DNA from: Promethearchaeota archaeon | GTDB taxonomy: Archaea; Asgardarchaeota; Lokiarchaeia; Sigyniarchaeales; SOKP01 | NCBI GenBank assembly: GCA_048940645.1 | Contig: JBHLOI010000006.1 | Span: forward strand, 32,001 to 96,000 | Direction: 5' to 3' | DNA: 64,000 bases | Shown: positions 57,164 through 64,000 of the stretch, piece by piece | Position numbering within the stretch: position 1 is the first letter of the stretch | Layout of the letters: each line of letters opens with the position of its first letter | The notes under the pieces: generated by a model | Told to the model about the DNA's origin: nothing | Database searches by the model: none | The model's input: the letters and a program-made list of their open reading frames with translations, nothing else | Position numbers and translations under genes: made by a program

Positions 57164-58336
57164 ATGATTAGAAATAAATCTCAAATTTTTGTAATTAAGA
57201 CTTCTCCAAAGACAATTTTTGAAGATTATAAAAAATTAATGCATCTTACGGAATATCAAAATTATTACTCCAAAAAAAATAAAATCATCATCAAGCTTAA
57301 TTTAAGCTGGTCGAAATTTTTTCCAGCATGTTCAAGTCCTCCTTGGCAAGTAGAGGGTGTTTTGAAAACCATGATTGAGGATGGTTATGATCCTAAAAAA
57401 TTATTTACAGCAGAAAATAGAACTGTAGTTACAAATATTGAAAAAGGTTTAAAAGGAAATTGTTGGTGGCCAATCATAAGGAAGTATAATGCATGGTTTA
57501 TACCCCTAACGCGTATTAATTTTGTTCCTTACGAATCACTGAGAAATAAATTCTTGAATTTAAAAAACCAGAAATTACTTGCTTTAGATTCTAAAATATT
57601 TCCTGAAGGATTTAAAATACCGAAATTTTATATCGGGAAATCTATTATTCATCTTCCAACGATGAAAACACATGGACATACTGGTGCTGTGGGAGGATCA
57701 TTAGAGCATACCAAAAGTGAAATGAAGCATGGGGGAATTACCTGTGCTATGAAGAATGCTTTTGGTGGATTACTAACAAAAAGAAGGCATTTCTCCCACC
57801 AATATATGAGTGAAGTTCTTGTTGATTTACTAATAATCCAAAAACAAATACACCCAAATATTATATCTATAGTTGATGGTACTGTTTGCGGAGATGGAGC
57901 TGGACCAAGGACTATGATACCAAAAATTAAGAACATTTTACTCGCTGGATATGATCAAGTGGCTGTAGATACAGTTGTTTCTAAAATGATGGGTTTTGAT
58001 CCATTAAGATTACCTGCTATAAAACTAGCTCATGATATGGGATTAGGGTGCGGTGATTTCGATCAAATTGAATTAGTAGGTGAAGATGTTTCAAACATCA
58101 ATTGGAAATTTGATGTAAAGAGAAGCTTAGTAATTTGGGGCGACCAAATGGTTAGAAAAGGACCTTTACAATTCATGTATCCATTGTTTAAGAGTGATCT
58201 TTTTTTTATGGGACCAATCATGGCATCTATGATATTCCATGATATGTTTTGGTATCCAACAATAGGAAAACGTAGGATTAAAAAATTTATGCTAACAGAA
58301 TGGGGAAAATTATTTAGAAGTTATCAATCTATTTAA
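57164..58336 (+). CDS. DUF362-domain (putative Fe-S) protein
   Basis: IIIKLN, LPTMKTH, TCAMKNAFG, VDGTVCGDGAGP, DQVAVD. Confidence 0.85.
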   Translation: MIRNKSQIFVIKTSPKTIFEDYKKLMHLTEYQNYYSKKNKIIIKLNLSWSKFFPACSSPPWQVEGVLKTMIEDGYDPKKLFTAENRTVVTNIEKGLKGNCWWPIIRKYNAWFIPLTRINFVPYESLRNKFLNLKNQKLLALDSKIFPEGFKIPKFYIGKSIIHLPTMKTHGHTGAVGGSLEHTKSEMKHGGITCAMKNAFGGLLTKRRHFSHQYMSEVLVDLLIIQKQIHPNIISIVDGTVCGDGAGPRTMIPKIKNILLAGYDQVAVDTVVSKMMGFDPLRLPAIKLAHDMGLGCGDFDQIELVGEDVSNINWKFDVKRSLVIWGDQMVRKGPLQFMYPLFKSDLFFMGPIMASMIFHDMFWYPTIGKRRIKKFMLTEWGKLFRSYQSI

Positions 58337-59129
58337 ACTCTTCAATATTTACGCTATCGATAACATCTTCAATTTCTTTAAAGATCTTGAATTGTTTACT
58401 TTCTTTATCTATTCTAAAATGGACTAAAAATTCTATTGAACCCCCCTTACCTAAAATTGGAGATTTGGTTATCCCATAAGGAAAAAAGCCATTTTCAGAA
58501 CTCCAGTATAGAAAATCATGTAAGATTTCTTTAAGTCTTTGAATATTCGTTATTATTTTAAAAAATTTTTTTTCATAAAAATTTGTTTCAAAAAGTGGTT
58601 TAACTAAAACAATAATATCTCCAGTACTTTTTAAATAATATTTAACATTTGGTAGAATTGTTTTTAATGAAGCAAACGTAATATCTATGGTTACGATATC
58701 AATTTTTTCATCCAATTCTATCAATGATCGTGCATCAACTCCTAACAATTTGATAATAATGGATGATTTACTTTTCAATGATGGATGTAGAATATTTTTT
58801 GCTGTATCGATAGCATAGACTTTTAATGCTTTATTCTTTATGAGACAATCGGTAAATCCCCCAATAGAAGCTCCTATATCAGCACATACCTTATTTTTCA
58901 CTATTATTGCAAATTTCTTTAGCGCTGCTTCTAATTTTAACCCACCACGCCCTACATACGGAAATTCCTTTTTCAAAACAATAATAGCCTTACTATCTAC
59001 CTTTTTTCCCGGTTTTTTTAGTACAACTCCATCTACAAATACAAAACCGCTTTTTATTAACCACTGGGCTTTTACTCTACTCTCTACTAATTCTCTTTCA
59101 ACTAAAATAAAATCAATACGCTCTTTCAT
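58329..59129 (-). CDS. tlyA: TlyA-family rRNA 2'-O-methyltransferase (S4 + FtsJ domains)
   Basis: ERIDFILVERELVESRVKAQ S4 domain, YVGRGGLKL, DIGASIGGFTDCL, LVKPLFE, SPILGKGGSIEFL. Confidence 0.9.
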   Translation of the reverse strand: MKERIDFILVERELVESRVKAQWLIKSGFVFVDGVVLKKPGKKVDSKAIIVLKKEFPYVGRGGLKLEAALKKFAIIVKNKVCADIGASIGGFTDCLIKNKALKVYAIDTAKNILHPSLKSKSSIIIKLLGVDARSLIELDEKIDIVTIDITFASLKTILPNVKYYLKSTGDIIVLVKPLFETNFYEKKFFKIITNIQRLKEILHDFLYWSSENGFFPYGITKSPILGKGGSIEFLVHFRIDKESKQFKIFKEIEDVIDSVNIEEFK

Positions 59130-59204
59130 AAATCAATTTAATTAATATCAAGATGTTAAATTTTAAGATTATCCCTTGTTTTTTAAGGTTTTTAACTAAA
59201 AATT

Positions 59205-60272
59205 TTATAATCTCTCTGCTAAGGCTCTACTTAACCTTCCGATCTGTATCTTTATCGAAAAATGTGGCCCGATCTTAATATGAATAATTCTCAGTAAAAT
59301 GCCAAGTGAAAAGAGAGTGATTGAAATATACATCAAGAGATATATATGCTGTAAGCTGTTTTGAAAAATAAAAAATAACACATTATGAAGTAGATAAATC
59401 GAAAGAGAATAGTACGAGAAATAATAAAGAAATTTATAGTTTTTCTTAAAACGAAATACCTCAATCTCCTCAATAAAAATCAGAGAAGATATTAATATTA
59501 GTTGAATACCTAATGAATAAACTAACCAAGAAAATGTTCGATGGTGTAAGAAATTAGGAAATCGAAAGAATATCCCAAAAATAATCAATATTATACCAAA
59601 TATTAATCCTGGAATCAGTAATTTCTTCTTCAAAATAAACTTTCTCTCCTTCGGATCCTCAATTAAATAAATTTCAAAAATTATTTCTCCGATAACTGTT
59701 CCAATTATAAAAAATGTGAAGAATGATAAAATAGGATCTAATCCTAATCTATTATATAGGAGATGATTAAGGAAGCCAAGAAAATTCATTTGTCCACTAA
59801 AATTCGATAGATAACTCATTAAAAATAGATTCATGACCCATAGAACTAAACCTAAATATATTCTGAAGCGTTTACTGGTTTTCAATAAGGGCCACCCCAA
59901 AAATAACGACACAGAAACAGTTAATAAAATAAACCATGTCCAAATATCTGCAGGATTATTCAACTTTATAGAAATAAGAGCATTATATATCAAAGCAATT
60001 ATAAATATAATGAATGTACGAAGAAAATACGCCCTCTTATATAATTTCATGCCATTTATTTCACTATCCTGAATATTCTTTTTATAGGACAATGCAGTAC
60101 TTACTCCAGCAATAAACAAAAATGCTCCTGAACCTAATGGGTCTCCTATTGAACGAAGTGTATTGAAAAACCAAAGTTCCTCATTTAGTATCCACCACTC
60201 GGTCAAATGACCGATTATCATCCAAATTATGCTTATTCCCCGAAGAGTATCGATCGTTTTAAATCTCTTCAT
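59205..60272 (-). CDS. DUF1624 / HGSNAT-like membrane acyltransferase
   Basis: RFKTIDTLRGISIIWMIIGH, FLFIAGVS, SLSIYLLH; about 10 TMs. Confidence 0.8.
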   Translation of the reverse strand: MKRFKTIDTLRGISIIWMIIGHLTEWWILNEELWFFNTLRSIGDPLGSGAFLFIAGVSTALSYKKNIQDSEINGMKLYKRAYFLRTFIIFIIALIYNALISIKLNNPADIWTWFILLTVSVSLFLGWPLLKTSKRFRIYLGLVLWVMNLFLMSYLSNFSGQMNFLGFLNHLLYNRLGLDPILSFFTFFIIGTVIGEIIFEIYLIEDPKERKFILKKKLLIPGLIFGIILIIFGIFFRFPNFLHHRTFSWLVYSLGIQLILISSLIFIEEIEVFRFKKNYKFLYYFSYYSLSIYLLHNVLFFIFQNSLQHIYLLMYISITLFSLGILLRIIHIKIGPHFSIKIQIGRLSRALAERL

Positions 60273-60363
60273 TCCAAAACTGATTAATTAGTTTAAAATC
60301 TAACAAAAAAATGGTAACTAAATCTTATTCTTAAGTTTAAAAAAACAAATAAAAACTTATTAA

Positions 60364-61248
60364 TTAATTTTTGTTTTTCGAAAGACAAGAATTTTCTTTT
60401 ATAATCTTTGTTGATTCGGTTAAGGATAATTCTCCATTTAATAACCTTTTTGCTGTAGCTTCTAATGAAAGGCCATATCCATTATTCTTTTCAAATTTAA
60501 AATCCTTCCATTTCTCAATCTTTAATCTTTTTGTCTTAATTTTATTAAAGAAAGTTTCATAATTAACGAGATTTACCTCTATCCCTTCTCGCAAAGATAT
60601 AATCAATGCGGCTATCTCATCTTTAGATAATTTTGCCTTTCTTTTATTATATATTTTTATTTTTGATGACTTATGTTCGTCAATTAAAAAAATTCTTATA
60701 AATTTTCTGTTTTTATAAATATTAAATATAAGTTTCACTAAATTATGAGTTACTGAAATAACACCTATCCCAAATTTGAAATTTAACGTTAAATTGTCAT
60801 TTTTACTTCCAAAATATGCTATATATTCTTCTAAAATACGTATAAAGGCTAACTCTTTGAAACAACAATAAGAATCTAAAAAATAATCATCTAGAAAAAT
60901 CATTAAACCTATTTTTTTACCAGGATCAATTGAAAATGTAAGAGAGGAATAAATCTCTTTATATCCAACTCTATAAGAAGATAATACTTCTAAAAGATAA
61001 TTTTCAAACTTTTGAGTATCTGAATATGCTAAAATTATAGTTTTATTGTTTACTCTTACTACTCTATTAAGCTCTCTACTTGTAGTAAGGATTATTGAGG
61101 GAGCGTTTGGTAACTTATTTCCGATATTCAAAATTTTAAATTGGATTTTTTTCTCTTGTAATGCCTTGTTTAATCTAAAAAAAAAATTCAAATTTTCTGT
61201 GAATATATATAAAGGTAATTTTCTCAAATTAATTATATAAATTAACAA
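60364..61248 (-). CDS. Hypothetical protein with a YqgF/RuvX-like RNase H-fold domain
   Basis: SIDPGKKIGL, LIDEHKSS and DEIAALII match the three YqgF-like acidic motifs. Start is uncertain. Confidence 0.6.
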   Translation of the reverse strand: MLIYIINLRKLPLYIFTENLNFFFRLNKALQEKKIQFKILNIGNKLPNAPSIILTTSRELNRVVRVNNKTIILAYSDTQKFENYLLEVLSSYRVGYKEIYSSLTFSIDPGKKIGLMIFLDDYFLDSYCCFKELAFIRILEEYIAYFGSKNDNLTLNFKFGIGVISVTHNLVKLIFNIYKNRKFIRIFLIDEHKSSKIKIYNKRKAKLSKDEIAALIISLREGIEVNLVNYETFFNKIKTKRLKIEKWKDFKFEKNNGYGLSLEATAKRLLNGELSLTESTKIIKENSCLSKNKN

Positions 61249-61269
61249 TTGATTTAATAATTTATAATA

Positions 61270-61962
61270 ATGGATTTCTTAATAAAACCCTTTAACGAGT
61301 TATTTAATTATATTTTTCCAATTAAAGGAATAGTTTCTGTCTGGGGTGATTTTGGAGTTGGAAAAACCACCTTTTCACTACAAAAAGCTATAAATTATGC
61401 ATCAGAAAAAAAAAAAATAATTTATATTTATACAAAACCTAATTTTCCTTTTGAGAAGATAAATAATATTGTCCAAAAATCAGTGAGAAATACCTTGGAT
61501 AACATAATTTTTATTAAATCTTTAAATTTTGAAGATCTGTATTCCTTAGTTTTCAATTTAGAATTTATAGTGATAGATAGTTATAAAAAACCTAATAACA
61601 TTATAGATTTAATAATTATCGATTCTATAACCGATTTATACCGGTTGGAGCTGAACAGAGAAAGTAAAGAAAAAAATTTTTTATTGAATTATAAATTAAA
61701 CCAGATTTTAGCAAATTTATTTTTTTTAAATAAGAAATACCACATTAATATTCTAGTTGTAAATTCTCAAACTAATATTAATCAAAACGGGCAATTAATT
61801 GAAGTTCAAAGTGGTGGTAAGGTCATGGATTATTGGATTGACAATTCGCTCAAAATTTTGCGAACAAACAAATTAACTTGTCGGAAATTTGTCTTTAAAA
61901 TTAAGAACAATAAGAAAGTAATCGAATCTTTAACAACTCTCACACAAGATGGATTTATTTAA
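61270..61962 (+). CDS. radB: RadB-like RecA-superfamily ATPase
   Basis: WGDFGVGKT Walker A, LIIIDSI Walker B, VVNSQ, SGGKVMDYW; ~230 aa with no N-terminal HhH domain. Confidence 0.7.
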   Translation: MDFLIKPFNELFNYIFPIKGIVSVWGDFGVGKTTFSLQKAINYASEKKKIIYIYTKPNFPFEKINNIVQKSVRNTLDNIIFIKSLNFEDLYSLVFNLEFIVIDSYKKPNNIIDLIIIDSITDLYRLELNRESKEKNFLLNYKLNQILANLFFLNKKYHINILVVNSQTNINQNGQLIEVQSGGKVMDYWIDNSLKILRTNKLTCRKFVFKIKNNKKVIESLTTLTQDGFI

Positions 61963-62111
61963 ATAAGTTTTTAAAAAAATTATTATTTGGTTTCTGTTTA
62001 AGTTAGATTAATTCTCATTATAATATTGATTACTTATAAAAAATTATCTATAATTTTTCATTAATATAATTGAAGAATTTAAAAAATAATTAAAAAATTA
62101 ATTTTTTACAT

Positions 62112-63104
62112 ATGAATGCTAAAACTGAGAAAATAAAGCTATCTAGATGGTTAGAGAGATATATACCTCACTCCTTTCCAAATAAAATAGAAATAATTGA
62201 AATTATTGAAACCATTGCTGAAGCCACGATACCTATTCGTGGTTTATTAGAAAGAGGGATAACATCTCGTGAAATAGAACATAGAATGAATATTGAAAAA
62301 CCTCTTTATGATTCCAAAAATATTTTTGAAGAAACTCAAATTCATGAAGATATATTAACTCATAGTATAATCTTAAAAGCTTTAAATGAAGGAAATGTAG
62401 GTTTTTCTTTTATTGCATCTGAGGAGTCAGAACCTGTGTTAGGGGATGGAATTTTTGGAATTACTATTGATCCTGTTGATGGCTCTTCTAATGTTGCTGT
62501 CAATAGAACAGTTGGAACTATAGTAGGAATTTATAATGAATCAGGGAAAATAATATGCGGGTTTTATGTACTGTATGGAATCTTTACCAATCTTGTTTTA
62601 GCTATTAATGGTAAAGTTGTTGAATTTATTTTGGATACTTCGCCTTATAGTATGACTTTCTATCATTATGTGTTTCAAGAGTTAAAAACCATGCCAAATA
62701 AAGAAGAGGGATGTATTAGGTGTATTGGAGGAGATTTTACACGGTGGATTGATAAATACAAAAATTATGAGAAATTATTAATGAATAAACGCTTCAAAGA
62801 TCGTTATAGTGGTAGCTTTGTGGGAGACTTTCATGCAATCGTTAATTATGGAGGTATATATGCATATTTTCCCTCTCCAAATCCAAAGATTAGAGTTTAT
62901 TATGAATGGTTACCATTGGCTTTTATCATAAAATCTCTTAAAGGAGAATTTATAGCTTTGGAATATTTAAATAAAAAAGAGAAAATAAAACATATAGAGG
63001 ATTTTGAACCTTTAAAGAGAACTAATGTTCAAAAAATTCATTCTCTTACGTATGGTGGAATTTTGGGGAGTAAAAAAGCGGTAGATCTATATTATATGCT
63101 TTAA
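62112..63104 (+). CDS. fbp: Fructose-1,6-bisphosphatase class I (divergent)
   Basis: ASEES, IDPVDGSSN, VGTIVGIY, RYSGSFVGDFH, RVYYEWLPLAFI. Confidence 0.85.
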   Translation: MNAKTEKIKLSRWLERYIPHSFPNKIEIIEIIETIAEATIPIRGLLERGITSREIEHRMNIEKPLYDSKNIFEETQIHEDILTHSIILKALNEGNVGFSFIASEESEPVLGDGIFGITIDPVDGSSNVAVNRTVGTIVGIYNESGKIICGFYVLYGIFTNLVLAINGKVVEFILDTSPYSMTFYHYVFQELKTMPNKEEGCIRCIGGDFTRWIDKYKNYEKLLMNKRFKDRYSGSFVGDFHAIVNYGGIYAYFPSPNPKIRVYYEWLPLAFIIKSLKGEFIALEYLNKKEKIKHIEDFEPLKRTNVQKIHSLTYGGILGSKKAVDLYYML

Positions 63105-63163
63105 ACTTTTTATTTAATTAACAAAGCAAAAAAAATTTACTTAAATATATAAAAATTTTAATT

Positions 63164-64000
63164 ATGAGAATAAACACTAATATTCAAAATAAAAAATATT
63201 TACTTCAGAAAGAAAGTTCTGTTGATTTTTATATATATAATTCAGATAAAGATAAAATTCCATCAAAATCTATGGATGTTTTTTATAATAAAAAGATGGA
63301 AATAAATCGTGATATCACTAATTCTTCTATTATTACATATAATGAATTATTTAATCCAGAATCTTTAATGATAGTGGATTCTATGGCAGCATCAGGAATC
63401 GGGGCCATAAGATTACTAAAAGAATGTAAAAATATTAAAAAATTATATATAAATGATTTAAATCCTTTAGCAATAAAGCTTATTAGAAAAAATCTAGAAT
63501 TAAATAATATAAATTCTTCTCATATCGAAGTAACTAATGAAGATTCCAATTTATTATGTTTAAAATTAGCCCAACAAATTAAATTAAATTTAAAAAAAAT
63601 TTCTAAGCGTCCGAATGTAATAATAATCGATCCATTTGGTACACCTTCTCATTTTGTAGATTCAGCGTTGAAACTAATTCAAAAAGAAAATGGGTTATTA
63701 TGCATAACTGCAACTGATACAGCAGTTCTATTTGGTGTCAGAAAGGAAGCATGTTTTAGAAAATACATGTCCAAACCTCTTCATAATGAATATTGTAAAG
63801 AAACTGGGGCAAGAATTTTACTTCATTTTATATCAAAAATAGCCAATATAAATAATCTGGGCATAAATCCATTATTGACGTTTTATTCAACTCATTTCAT
63901 AAAAATTTTTGCCCATACTTATAAGAATAAGGATAAGATTCATACAAACTTTTCTAATTATGGATATATCATACATTGTAATAATTGTGGGTACCGTTCT
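63164..64000 (+). CDS. trm1: tRNA (guanine-26-N2)-dimethyltransferase Trm1, 3'-truncated by the window edge (not in the ORF track)
   Basis: My translation from ATG 63164 gives VFYNKKMEINRDI, DSMAASGIGAIR, INDLNP, IDPFGTPS, LCITATD and ends at HCNNCGYRS. Confidence 0.92.
   Translation, partial: MRINTNIQNKKYLLQKESSVDFYIYNSDKDKIPSKSMDVFYNKKMEINRDITNSSIITYNELFNPESLMIVDSMAASGIGAIRLLKECKNIKKLYINDLNPLAIKLIRKNLELNNINSSHIEVTNEDSNLLCLKLAQQIKLNLKKISKRPNVIIIDPFGTPSHFVDSALKLIQKENGLLCITATDTAVLFGVRKEACFRKYMSKPLHNEYCKETGARILLHFISKIANINNLGINPLLTFYSTHFIKIFAHTYKNKDKIHTNFSNYGYIIHCNNCGYRS

Noticed and set aside
330-61240. Numerous short antisense or nested ORFs in the track (e.g. 330-581, 1493-1750, 1940-2230, 21120-21464, 26424-26768, 34823-35161, 39378-39707, 58840-59145)
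   Set aside because: All lie within well-supported genes on the opposite strand or another frame and show the I/S/F/L-rich composition expected of shadow ORFs in AT-rich DNA.
1-64000. CRISPR arrays, IS elements, prophage or defence islands
   Set aside because: No regularly spaced direct repeats, transposase, integrase, capsid or recognisable defence genes were seen; the MazG gene is a lone house-cleaning type.

Overview
Very AT-rich archaeal chromosomal DNA, almost certainly an Asgard archaeon of the Lokiarchaeia/Promethearchaeia type. The basis is the co-occurrence of archaeal core genes (MCM, type II MetAP, RadB-like, Trm1, A1-U72 tRNA-Gln, CofD/CofE, HdrC) with several eukaryotic-signature proteins (Rab-like GTPase, roadblock, probable longin, a V4R/Bet3-like pair, ribophorin I, eukaryote-like Sec61-beta, Trm112 with a long insertion). 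About 52 CDSs, one tRNA and two probable gene remnants are visible. No CRISPR array, IS element, integrase or prophage was found. Main blocks: (i) a 12-kb seven-gene MoxR/DUF58 envelope operon led by a 1485-aa repeat protein whose transglutaminase-like domain has lost its catalytic Cys and His; (ii) an overlapping operon joining LipS2-ligase-LipS1 lipoate assembly to F420 synthesis (FbiB-type CofE-nitroreductase fusion plus CofD); (iii) a hybrid LeuRS with a bacterial core and archaeal tail; (iv) a glycosylation/translocon neighbourhood (GT4, DUF354, epimerase, AglH/ALG7, ATP-grasp, Sec61-beta, ribophorin I, DPPR-synthase-like UbiA); (v) an Opp/Dpp ABC transporter interrupted by extra genes. 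Fine-scale oddities are a tRNA-Gln(UUG) with C33 instead of the near-invariant U33 and two genes that appear to start at ATT. All family assignments come from motif recognition by eye; no database search was run.
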